Shown: positions 17,592-25,414 of the stretch, piece after piece
Position numbering within the stretch: the stretch's first letter is position 1
Layout: every line of letters starts with the position of its first letter
Position numbers and translations under genes: made by a program
Sequence record: NC_018087.3
DNA length: 64,000 nucleotides
From: Acinetobacter phage ZZ1
Strand: one strand, 5' to 3'
Notes under the pieces: generated by a model
Database searches by the model: none
Seen by the model: only the letters and a program-made list of their open reading frames with translations
What the model was told of the DNA's origin: nothing

Positions 17592-17620
17592 AAAAAAGGA
17601 CGCGAAAGCGTCCTTAATTT
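17592..17620 (-). terminator. rho-independent terminator (ggacgc-gaaa-gcgtcc)
   Basis: aaaaaaggacgcgaaagcgtccttaatttt. On the minus strand the hairpin is followed by TTTTTT, directly after the macro-domain gene stop at 17620. It is symmetric enough to act in both directions. Confidence 0.6.
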
Positions 17621-18063
17621 TATAAGTATAAAACAACAATACCGACATCAGGTGTAACATCCTGGATAATCTCTGCAATTTCATCCCAGTTGCCACCGGC
17701 AATGCCCGCACCAATTTTTGGAATACCTAATACTTTCCCTTTATAATCAACGTTCAGCTTCGTGAATAATTCACGGATGTTTGCATATAGCTGGTTACGC
17801 GGGCATTTGCCGGGTCGATATTGTGTATATCCATTAATAATGTCGCCATAAACTGTAGTGGCTACAGAGTAATCACCCAATTTACCCCAATCACTGTATT
17901 CAGTTCGTTTATCGGCCTCAACTGCAACTGGGAATCGTCTTGCTATTTCTCCTGCTATTCCGGCTCCCATTGTATGGAAACAATTACAACCGTGGACAAT
18001 TGCATCAAAATCGGAATGTTCAAAAGAATCTAACAAATTATGTTGTACATAATACTTAATCAT
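17620..18063 (-). CDS. macro domain protein (ADP-ribose binding/hydrolase fold)
   Basis: 147 aa. AIVHGCNCFHTMGAGIAGEIARRFP and LGIPKIGAGIAGGNWDEI align to the macro-domain signatures (VNAAN...GGGVxxAI and FPxISTGIYG). Confidence 0.55.
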   Translation of the reverse strand: MIKYYVQHNLLDSFEHSDFDAIVHGCNCFHTMGAGIAGEIARRFPVAVEADKRTEYSDWGKLGDYSVATTVYGDIINGYTQYRPGKCPRNQLYANIRELFTKLNVDYKGKVLGIPKIGAGIAGGNWDEIAEIIQDVTPDVGIVVLYL

Positions 18064-18069
18064 TGTTTA

Positions 18070-18258
18070 TTATCCACCTAGGGCCAATAAACCTAATGCT
18101 TGTTTAATTAAATTAATCGCAACATCAGGTTCAATAGTGCCTGTTAATACACCAATAACAGCAGCTAAACCTGCAACACCAATTGCACCAAGGCTTAATG
18201 TTGCACGTGGGTTCTTGCTAAAGTTATCTTTTACTTTTTTAATAGCTTCTTTAGCCAT
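18070..18258 (-). CDS. small membrane protein (62 aa; start revised to the ATG at 18258)
   Basis: MAKEAIKKVKDNF... with a hydrophobic core LSLGAIGVAGLAAVIGVL. GAGGAAG lies upstream of the revised ATG. Confidence 0.4.
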   Translation of the reverse strand: MAKEAIKKVKDNFSKNPRATLSLGAIGVAGLAAVIGVLTGTIEPDVAINLIKQALGLLALGG

Positions 18259-18442
18259 TATATTCTTCCTCGTAAGCTTCACGCGCATCGGAAACTTCTT
18301 GACCTTGTAGTACATTCAAGCATACACCTAAGTTAGCATATTCCTCTGAGTCATATGCATGTACTGCATCTAAAAGTGAACGCGCATGTTCAATTGTGAC
18401 ATGAAGAAATTCTAATTGTTCTTCGTTTAAATGAATAGACAT
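18251..18442 (-). CDS. hypothetical acidic protein
   Basis: 63-aa ORF. Confidence 0.4.
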   Translation of the reverse strand: MSIHLNEEQLEFLHVTIEHARSLLDAVHAYDSEEYANLGVCLNVLQGQEVSDAREAYEEEYNG

Positions 18443-18456
18443 AAGGTCTCTCCTAA

Positions 18457-18648
18457 TTATTTAACACGTGAAAAATATTTGCCCAAAACTGCTTGGTTAT
18501 TTGAATTAACAGGCACCCAAATTTGTGAACCAATTGGATGTACAATGGACCCTTTATAAATTAGTGGGGTGTGACATTCCCAACATTCTACAGTAATTGT
18601 TGAAAGACGAGTTATAGCCGCTCGCCATTCATCTTCAAGACTGCTCAT
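18457..18648 (-). CDS. hypothetical small Cys-containing protein (possible zinc ribbon, CWEC)
   Basis: 63-aa ORF. Confidence 0.4.
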   Translation of the reverse strand: MSSLEDEWRAAITRLSTITVECWECHTPLIYKGSIVHPIGSQIWVPVNSNNQAVLGKYFSRVK

Positions 18649-18694
18649 AATTTAACCTTTTAAATATAATAAATATTTTAAAAAAACTTAAAAT

Positions 18695-19102
18695 TTACCC
18701 ATACCACCGATGTTTAATCGGAAGCTCTCCTGCCGATTGCGCAAGATATTTATTTAAAATATCGGATACTTTCATTGTTGATCTTTCATGATAACATTCA
18801 CGGAGTCTGCAAATACTTGCGCCTAATGCATCTCGCTCTCGAGTTTGTCTGTACAAGGTTTCAAAAGATTGTTGATGTTCATGCATAATCTTTTTCAATT
18901 GACTTTCAATATAAACACTATTACCTCGACGTAAACGGTAACGGTTTAATTCTGTAATCTTTTTGGCCAATCGAGCTATACGCACTTCTGTTTTATGAAT
19001 CTCTTCCTTTACATTTTTAAGTTTAAATGTAAATCCATCAATCATTTCACGGACCAAGAATTTTTTAGTGTCAATTTGAATTACATGAGCTTTATCAAAC
19101 AT
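18695..19102 (-). CDS. hypothetical protein
   Basis: 135-aa ORF. Confidence 0.45.
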   Translation of the reverse strand: MFDKAHVIQIDTKKFLVREMIDGFTFKLKNVKEEIHKTEVRIARLAKKITELNRYRLRRGNSVYIESQLKKIMHEHQQSFETLYRQTRERDALGASICRLRECYHERSTMKVSDILNKYLAQSAGELPIKHRWYG

Positions 19103-19641
19103 TATAATTTCTCCAAATATTGCGTAAGAGTTTTAATTAGAAATTCTACATATTCCCAACGTTTAGGATTAATCCACAATGTTCCCGTTGCAGCATCAGC
19201 ATCATAACAAGTTTCACCTTCAACAGGATATGATCGATTATATTCGATATTTTGTTCTACGGACCAATCTTTTGCAATTTTGGCCCGCATATCATATGAA
19301 AGCTCAATTAAAGAAGCATAAAAGCAAATACCTTCCATTAAGTCAAGTTCAGTCCCATCACTTAATGCAAAATAACCTGATTGATATCTTTCCCAATTTT
19401 TATGATTAAGTTCAATGTAATGAATGATATTTTGCTTATTTTCTAAAAGCATATTAAGGCGTTTAATACACTCTTCCAATTGACTTTTTAAAGTAATATT
19501 CAAGGCAACAACAAGTTCTAAACCTTTAAACTCGCCTGTTAAAGGTACAACAATTGTATCACTAACCCACTTGACTTCTTCAATATCCAAGTGAACATAT
19601 ACTTTTTCAGTTAAACCTAGTTCAGCTTTTGCTTTGTTCAT
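19102..19641 (-). CDS. hypothetical protein, member 1 of the YPxGG...LWLNxxRW paralog family
   Basis: 179 aa. C-terminal SYPVEGE...TLWINPKRWEYVEFLIK. Confidence 0.5.
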   Translation of the reverse strand: MNKAKAELGLTEKVYVHLDIEEVKWVSDTIVVPLTGEFKGLELVVALNITLKSQLEECIKRLNMLLENKQNIIHYIELNHKNWERYQSGYFALSDGTELDLMEGICFYASLIELSYDMRAKIAKDWSVEQNIEYNRSYPVEGETCYDADAATGTLWINPKRWEYVEFLIKTLTQYLEKL

Positions 19642-19643
19642 TT

Positions 19644-20243
19644 TTAATCTTCCAATTTTTTAAGTAAGTTGGTAACATATTCTAAACAGAATTCCACGTA
19701 CAACCAACGGTCTTGATTTAACCATAAAGTGCGAGTTTCACATTCTATTTCAAATTGCCATTGGCCACCTGGAATTGGGTAAGACTCTTCAAATTCAATA
19801 GTTGTTTTCCGTTCAAATTCAAGATTTGAAACAAAATCTGCCGCCATTTTACTACGTAAATTTTTACGTACACCATATAAGTCTACATTATCACAAAGAC
19901 CTTCATCAAGACTAAATCGATACCATGCGTACGCATCAGGCTTTTCGTGAGGGCCTGCAGGCATTTGGATATCGGTCCATTGCGCAAGTTCTTCATCGGA
20001 TGATTCATATGCATCTAATCCACTATCACGCCATGCAATAGCTTTTTCTTCAATTAAAGCCCGATTTTCTAAGACCCACTTTAGTTTGAAAATGATATTT
20101 TCGAGATTTTCTTTATATGTAATATGACCATATGGAAGATAATCAATTTCATCACTTGCAAACGATGTTGTATCTTTAGGGTCACTTAAATGTACGTCAA
20201 TAATTTTAGTTTTGTAATAAACTTTAAAAGTTTTCTGTTTCAT
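19644..20243 (-). CDS. hypothetical protein, member 2 of the YPxGG...LWLNxxRW paralog family
   Basis: 199 aa. C-terminal SYPIPGG...TLWLNQDRWLYVEFCLEY. Confidence 0.5.
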   Translation of the reverse strand: MKQKTFKVYYKTKIIDVHLSDPKDTTSFASDEIDYLPYGHITYKENLENIIFKLKWVLENRALIEEKAIAWRDSGLDAYESSDEELAQWTDIQMPAGPHEKPDAYAWYRFSLDEGLCDNVDLYGVRKNLRSKMAADFVSNLEFERKTTIEFEESYPIPGGQWQFEIECETRTLWLNQDRWLYVEFCLEYVTNLLKKLED

Positions 20244-20288
20244 AACAATTAACTCACTATGGCTGATGCTTATTATAATACGAAAAAA

Positions 20289-20312
20289 GGGAACCCATGT
20301 AAATAGGTTCCC
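20289..20312 (-). terminator. rho-independent terminator (gggaacc-catgtaaata-ggttccc)
   Basis: Hairpin after the stop at 20323, followed by T-rich sequence on the minus strand. Confidence 0.55.
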
Positions 20313-20322
20313 TAAAAATATT

Positions 20323-20844
20323 TTAATAAAATGGTGAATATTCGCCCGTATTTAAAAATAAACGAAGTTTCTTTAATACTTCAACTTCGCCTAATCGTGA
20401 TCCCAGGTTGAAAATTGGAATATCATAATCAAATGCGATTCTTAAAGCCATTGCTGTACCACCGGTTAACTTTCCATCTGGTGTCCAACATACTACAAAA
20501 TCTACTGGTGTTTTTAGATCATCACCTAAAACAATTTGAGCATTCCGACCATGCATTTTACGAGCAGAGAAACTACATGCTTTCCAATTAGGATGATATT
20601 TTGCAGCAAAATCAATATGTCTTTGATACAATTCTGGTGTATCCGAATAAAATCCATTATATCCTTGCCAGGGTAACCATAAAACAGTAGATGACGGCGC
20701 ACCATCAAAGAAAGCTTTATCTGCGCCGATTGCTCCGCCTGTATGACAGATATGCCCAGCAGAATCAAGTTCTTTTGAAATTTGTCGCATGATTGCAAGA
20801 ATGTTCATTGGTGTTCGGCGACTACCGATGCCAGCATAATTCAT
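20323..20844 (-). CDS. SLOG/DprA(Smf)-like Rossmann-fold protein
   Basis: About 173 aa. Start taken at the ATG at 20844 (GGAG upstream; ATGA overlap with the upstream gene). NYAGIGSRRTP...HTGGAIGADKAFFDGA matches the DprA/SLOG GSR...SGGAxGxDxxAHxGA signature. Confidence 0.5.
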   Translation of the reverse strand: MNYAGIGSRRTPMNILAIMRQISKELDSAGHICHTGGAIGADKAFFDGAPSSTVLWLPWQGYNGFYSDTPELYQRHIDFAAKYHPNWKACSFSARKMHGRNAQIVLGDDLKTPVDFVVCWTPDGKLTGGTAMALRIAFDYDIPIFNLGSRLGEVEVLKKLRLFLNTGEYSPFY

Positions 20845-21089
20845 ACGATCTCCACATAAGTGCATTTATATTTTCGAGTCCATAATCGCATCATTTGTGA
20901 AAGGTCTCTTGCACTCCATTTTCTCCAACTTGATGGCGAATTTATTACAAAGGGCATTTGACCATTTCTATAATTTGAATATGAAGAATCACTTTTATGT
21001 AATTGAATTAATAAAGTAGCAGAACCATCTGCATTAAGTTTAATACATTTACGATTCTTTTTACTTAACATTGATGTAACACATTTCAT
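20841..21089 (-). CDS. hypothetical protein (82 aa; start revised to the ATG at 21089)
   Basis: GGAGAAGTTT precedes the ATG at 21089. The track start is a TTG. Confidence 0.4.
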   Translation of the reverse strand: MKCVTSMLSKKNRKCIKLNADGSATLLIQLHKSDSSYSNYRNGQMPFVINSPSSWRKWSARDLSQMMRLWTRKYKCTYVEIV

Positions 21090-21109
21090 AAACTTCTCCA
21101 AAAATTAAA

Positions 21110-21127
21110 GGGCCTAAATGGCCCTTT
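21110..21127 (-). terminator. rho-independent terminator (gggcc-taaat-ggccc)
   Basis: Hairpin followed by a T-run on the minus strand, after the stop at 21130. Confidence 0.55.
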
Positions 21128-21129
21128 TC

Positions 21130-21636
21130 TTATAATACATCAGAAAGATATTGATATGGACCTAAAACAATTTTATCACATTGTGTATCAAACTCACATG
21201 TATCAATAAAGTCGTCCCATTTTTCATCCATTAATTTAATAAAACCTTCTGGACTTCCGCGTCGTTTATAACGCTCAATGTATTCACCTTTTAAAGATCG
21301 ATCTGGATAAACAAGAACATATGGAATACCGACTTTTTGCATTTCCTCTCGGACTTCTGCATGGCTGGATACCATCACCAAATAATTATCGCCCGCGTGT
21401 CGATGAATAATTTCTCGCATGTGTTGGATATAATTGCCTGGAAATTCTGCTTTGTCAAAAGTTGAACTATCCGAGTCATATACAAATGCATCGCCTGGGC
21501 CTGGGACCATACGGAAAATTGCTGTCCCATTTGCACGAACTGGATATAATCCATTCTTTGGTGCATTACCATAAATTGATGATTTACCTGTACCTGGAAA
21601 GGCGCTAATAAATCCAATAGTTTCAATACGTTTCAT
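21130..21636 (-). CDS. P-loop NTPase (putative nucleotide or nucleoside kinase-like)
   Basis: About 168 aa. Start taken at the ATG at 21636, which is preceded by GGGGA. Walker A FPGTGKSS near the N-terminus. Confidence 0.45.
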   Translation of the reverse strand: MKRIETIGFISAFPGTGKSSIYGNAPKNGLYPVRANGTAIFRMVPGPGDAFVYDSDSSTFDKAEFPGNYIQHMREIIHRHAGDNYLVMVSSHAEVREEMQKVGIPYVLVYPDRSLKGEYIERYKRRGSPEGFIKLMDEKWDDFIDTCEFDTQCDKIVLGPYQYLSDVL

Positions 21637-21637
21637 A

Positions 21638-21745
21638 TTATCCCCAAATCCAATAGCCGATACCAAGTCCAATTAAACCGAATGTCGAACATCCTGCAAT
21701 AAATACCGCCAAACAAGCTGACGCAACACCGTCAATATTAAACAT
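21638..21745 (-). CDS. small hydrophobic peptide (35 aa), below the ORF-track cutoff
   Basis: Manual translation gives MFNIDGVASACLAVFIAGCSTFGLIGLGIGYWIWG. TAATG overlap with the upstream gene (21745-21747). Its TAA lies 1 nt before the next ATG (21636). AAGGA upstream. Confidence 0.4.
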   Translation of the reverse strand: MFNIDGVASACLAVFIAGCSTFGLIGLGIGYWIWG

Positions 21746-21933
21746 TATGATGATCCTTTACGATTAATACCATATGATCGCAAAACTTTACTCGGGGTGA
21801 CTTTCCATTCACGGGTTATACGCCACCCAAGACAAATATAAAGTTTCATAAATTTTCGAAGGACTAATGTTTTAACAATTAAATCACCTTCGGTTTTTGC
21901 CATTTCAACATATTCATTATCTTGCATAAGCAC
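21745..21933 (-). CDS. hypothetical protein
   Basis: 62-aa ORF. Confidence 0.4.
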   Translation of the reverse strand: MLMQDNEYVEMAKTEGDLIVKTLVLRKFMKLYICLGWRITREWKVTPSKVLRSYGINRKGSS

Positions 21934-21940
21934 CTCAAAA

Positions 21941-21958
21941 AGGGCCCGAAGGCCCTTA
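21941..21958 (-). terminator. rho-independent terminator (agggcc-cgaa-ggccct)
   Basis: aaaaagggcccgaaggccctt. This GC stem with a cgaa-type loop recurs at 24388, 40323 and 50580. Confidence 0.55.
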
Positions 21959-22067
21959 TATCATTTTCCAAGTAAGCGCTTAGTGCGAGCAAAGCCTAAT
22001 TCAAGAGACAACTTCATGGTTGCTTTTGGATCACGAATTTTACCGCGTTTAGAAGTATTAAATTCAG

Positions 22068-22370
22068 TTACTTGTACAGTTTCTTTCTTAGCCATGATTT
22101 CATGTCCTTTAAAATAGATTTAAGAGTAATTTCTCGAGATTCTAATATTTTATCAGAATAACGAATAAAGATTTGTGTTAAAGATTCATTATCTTTAACG
22201 TCTAGGGAGAAACCCGCCTCCCAACCTGCGGGATAACTTACATCAAAAATATCATAAGAATTTTGAAGTAAATCATCAATTGCATCATCAGTCAATGTTA
22301 TTGTCTGATTTGAATTTTTCGAGTTCCGCATCTGCTTTTTCCTTAGCTCGCTGACTGTGCTCTTCAGCAA
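22068..22370 (-). CDS. hypothetical protein
   Basis: 100-aa ORF. Confidence 0.45.
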   Translation of the reverse strand: MLKSTVSELRKKQMRNSKNSNQTITLTDDAIDDLLQNSYDIFDVSYPAGWEAGFSLDVKDNESLTQIFIRYSDKILESREITLKSILKDMKSWLRKKLYK

Positions 22371-22439
22371 GTAGGATGCCTAACGCAATCGGTAATCCTA
22401 TTATGCCACAAAGAAATCCAAAAGCGAGAATAGTGCCTA

Positions 22440-22748
22440 TCACAATTCAATTCCAAAAAGACCGCCACAACGATTATCGGAATTGAATTCTTCCAATTCG
22501 AAATACATATTTTCCCATGTAGGAATTTCCATTTGTAAATCGGCGACTTCAACCCATTCGCCTACTGTATCCCATGCATCTCCATTTGGAAATACTGCAT
22601 CACCTTTTGATGCAAATGCATGAATTTTACCATCTTTGTCAATTGCAACAGCAACTGTTTCTTCAGGCACATACAGCGTTTCAACCACAAAAGGTTTAAT
22701 GTAATGCATGTTTAACAAAATATGTGCAGGTTGAAAAGTTTTTAACAT
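22440..22748 (-). CDS. hypothetical protein (paralogous to 42980..43306)
   Basis: 102 aa. AIDKDGKIHAFASKGD versus AIDKDGSIAVFSSDEP in the paralog. Confidence 0.45.
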   Translation of the reverse strand: MLKTFQPAHILLNMHYIKPFVVETLYVPEETVAVAIDKDGKIHAFASKGDAVFPNGDAWDTVGEWVEVADLQMEIPTWENMYFELEEFNSDNRCGGLFGIEL

Positions 22749-22849
22749 GATAATTTACTCACATTATGTTGATTTGATAAGATCATTTATACACTTTGTG
22801 TTAATTATATAATCATTAACACAAAGTGTAAATTATTTTAAAGACTTTT

Positions 22850-23206
22850 CTAAATGTCTTTCGATTGCAACGTATCTGTCCAATCTAATGTATCAAAGTC
22901 CACGTTTACAAAAGTGAAAACACTATTTGACAGATCTAAATACTTGTCCACATCAGAGTCTGACCAAATACCTTCCGACAATATTGCCGAAGGCTCATTT
23001 TCATAGGCTCGCCATCCTCCCAATTGATCCATCGCTACAAAGTGATAATTTTCTGGAATTTTAGTCCAGTCAATCAAAATTTTAGAATTGTCCAATTTAC
23101 ATATAAAATTATTGACAATAAGTTCAACTTCTTTACCGTGAAAATTATTAAACTCACTTAATGTTTCTTCAAGTGATACTTTGATTTGTGCGATTGAAAA
23201 TTTCAT
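22850..23206 (-). CDS. hypothetical protein
   Basis: 118-aa ORF preceded by the duplicated leader cassette. Confidence 0.45.
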   Translation of the reverse strand: MKFSIAQIKVSLEETLSEFNNFHGKEVELIVNNFICKLDNSKILIDWTKIPENYHFVAMDQLGGWRAYENEPSAILSEGIWSDSDVDKYLDLSNSVFTFVNVDFDTLDWTDTLQSKDI

Positions 23207-23276
23207 AACCTTTTACTCATCGTTGATTTGATAAGATCATTATATAATAGTTAAATTATAAAGTACACACTTATTT

Positions 23277-23621
23277 TTAACTATTTTCCATTGCAATAAT
23301 GGCGTTTACCCATTTTTTACACATTAAAGAATGACTTAATTTAGATAATTTTGTTTCTCTCCATCCGTCTCGTATATGTTTACGAGCATCACTTTTACGT
23401 ACAACTCGTTCCATATAATTAAAACCTAAACCTTTACAAAGCTCAACATATTCATGTTTAGGTTCCCAATGTTTAGGTAAAAGAGTTGGATACACTTCAA
23501 TATTATCCAAATACATCTTAACAAAGGCAGTATGATCCGCATCTTTAACTTCATCTACGGACAAAATCATTTTATTAATGTCTTCACCAAGTAATTCTGC
23601 GAGTGATTTAATCTTGCTCAT
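23277..23621 (-). CDS. hypothetical protein (paralogous to 24047..24322)
   Basis: 114 aa. Shares GWRxTxLSKxSxSLxxKKW with the 91-aa ORF. Confidence 0.45.
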   Translation of the reverse strand: MSKIKSLAELLGEDINKMILSVDEVKDADHTAFVKMYLDNIEVYPTLLPKHWEPKHEYVELCKGLGFNYMERVVRKSDARKHIRDGWRETKLSKLSHSLMCKKWVNAIIAMENS

Positions 23622-24045
23622 CTTTAACCCTTAGTATATCAAAATCAACTTGAACCTCGTATACACCATTAGAATATTCATTGAGATATATGCAGTGATC
23701 TGCAGCATCTTGAATATTATCAAATGTTTTAACATGATTATATTCGCCATAATCAAATTCAACAACATTATATTTAAAATTATGTGCGATTTTATGAACA
23801 ATTTCTTCTTCTTTGTATTCAACAAATAATTTAATGTCATCGCATGTTAATTTTAAATGTGAATTTAAATGTGCAACTTCACGTTGACGCCAAATAGGCT
23901 CATTTGTTAATGAATACACAAATCCATCATCACTAATTCTTACAAAGGAAGTTTGGCATAAAGGATGCGTTGCATGTAAAGGTTTTGTCGAATTACCCAA
24001 TACTTTGCCTAAAATGTTACCTTTAATAACTTTATAAACTTTCAT
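23608..24045 (-). CDS. hypothetical protein
   Basis: 145-aa ORF. Confidence 0.45.
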   Translation of the reverse strand: MKVYKVIKGNILGKVLGNSTKPLHATHPLCQTSFVRISDDGFVYSLTNEPIWRQREVAHLNSHLKLTCDDIKLFVEYKEEEIVHKIAHNFKYNVVEFDYGEYNHVKTFDNIQDAADHCIYLNEYSNGVYEVQVDFDILRVKDEQD

Positions 24046-24046
24046 A

Positions 24047-24322
24047 TTATTGTTGCTCCATCATATCAATTTCTGTGCGCCATTTCTTAATAACTAAAGA
24101 TGGACTAACTTTTGAAAGGCTAGTAATGCGCCAGCCAGCTTCTATATGTTGTTTAACTTCAGACTTTAACACAATCTTTTCAATATAAGTATGATTTTCG
24201 CCACAATAAAGTTCAACATATTCCTTTTTAGGGCGGTTCTCAAGACTTTTAAGAAGACGCTTTGCAAAAGCACTTTCAGGTTTAGCTTTAAGTTCATTAA
24301 CAAGATATGCAACTTTGCTCAT
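24047..24322 (-). CDS. hypothetical protein (paralogous to 23277..23621)
   Basis: 91-aa ORF. Confidence 0.45.
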   Translation of the reverse strand: MSKVAYLVNELKAKPESAFAKRLLKSLENRPKKEYVELYCGENHTYIEKIVLKSEVKQHIEAGWRITSLSKVSPSLVIKKWRTEIDMMEQQ

Positions 24323-24404
24323 AACAATATACTCATCAGATTATGCAAGTATTATATAATGAATTTTTTTAAATGTACACTAAAAAAGGCCCGAAGGCCT
24401 TAAT

Positions 24405-24821
24405 TTATTTCAAAAATGTATTGAATCGTTTGATATGATCTTCTGCATCATCAATTGTATCAAATGGTTCATAATTAAGAGTATGATCATCAAAACGAAT
24501 TCCATCGCTAGTTGTAGTACATCCGACAATCATATAATACCAATCATCAAGATGTGATACTGAATAAATCACATAGCTGTTAATTACAGGTTTACCGTCA
24601 CGAGCGTCTGCCGTAATTTTAGTAATATGATTTTCAGCAATATGACGAAGGGCAATAAGAGGGAAATGTTGTTTTAAAGCAGTAAGCAATTCTTGGTTTG
24701 TTGGAACATTGATAGTTAATGATTTCATAATATTTTCCTCAAGTGTATCAGTGTATCTGATGTAATCATTATAAACCAGGTTAAAAATAAAGTAAACTGT
24801 TAAATGAAAAAAGGCGCTCAT
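24405..24821 (-). CDS. hypothetical protein
   Basis: 138-aa ORF. Confidence 0.45.
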   Translation of the reverse strand: MSAFFHLTVYFIFNLVYNDYIRYTDTLEENIMKSLTINVPTNQELLTALKQHFPLIALRHIAENHITKITADARDGKPVINSYVIYSVSHLDDWYYMIVGCTTTSDGIRFDDHTLNYEPFDTIDDAEDHIKRFNTFLK

Positions 24822-24836
24822 TGAGCGCCTTTATTT

Positions 24837-25361
24837 TTAGTAACCCCGGTCTTGACGAGCAAAGTTTTCAGCATTTTTAATGAAGTAGCCTTCAAAAATA
24901 TCTTCAGAAGTAAGACCTAACGCAATGTTCATGTTCAAGAAGAAATGCCATAAGTCTATAATTTCAAAGAAGATTTCACGACGATCATCAGCAGAAAGAT
25001 CTTCAAGTTTTGTATTACGCATATCTAAGTTTTTGGCACGCCATGCTTTCCATACAGAAGTCGCTGCGGATTCGCCATTAGACATACCACCAAACGATGT
25101 AAGCAATTCACGGAATTCATCACTCATTGAATCCCATTGTGTACGCATCCAATCAACTGCTTGGCCTGCGGTTTCGATTTCATTTGGATTTAAGTTCATT
25201 TCGGGTTTTTCTTTTGCAAGTTTAACTTGTAATGAACGTTGCATTTGCATCATAATATCAAGATATTGTTCGCCATTAGAACGGATGCCTTCAGCTGCAT
25301 TACGCGCTTGTTGAGTTGCTTCGTCTGTAACTAATTGTGCGCAAGCGTTAAATTGTGCCAT
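24837..25361 (-). CDS. 56: dCTP pyrophosphatase (MazG-like, T4 gp56-type)
   Basis: 174 aa. Size, the EIIDLWHF-type MazG motif and a C-terminus ...NFARQDRGY resembling T4 gp56. Position matches T4 (between dda and gene 61). Confidence 0.6.
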   Translation of the reverse strand: MAQFNACAQLVTDEATQQARNAAEGIRSNGEQYLDIMMQMQRSLQVKLAKEKPEMNLNPNEIETAGQAVDWMRTQWDSMSDEFRELLTSFGGMSNGESAATSVWKAWRAKNLDMRNTKLEDLSADDRREIFFEIIDLWHFFLNMNIALGLTSEDIFEGYFIKNAENFARQDRGY

Positions 25362-25414
25362 GTGTATTTCTCCAAGATAATTTGGGTTGTTTATTTGATA
25401 AAGTTATAATAACA

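Noticed and set aside
17475-17714. 79-aa minus-strand ORF spanning the 17.4-17.6 kb intergenic region
   Set aside because: It runs through the terminator hairpin of the macro-domain gene and through the three-hairpin structured element. It overlaps the 3' end of 17620..18063. The non-coding structure explains the sequence better.
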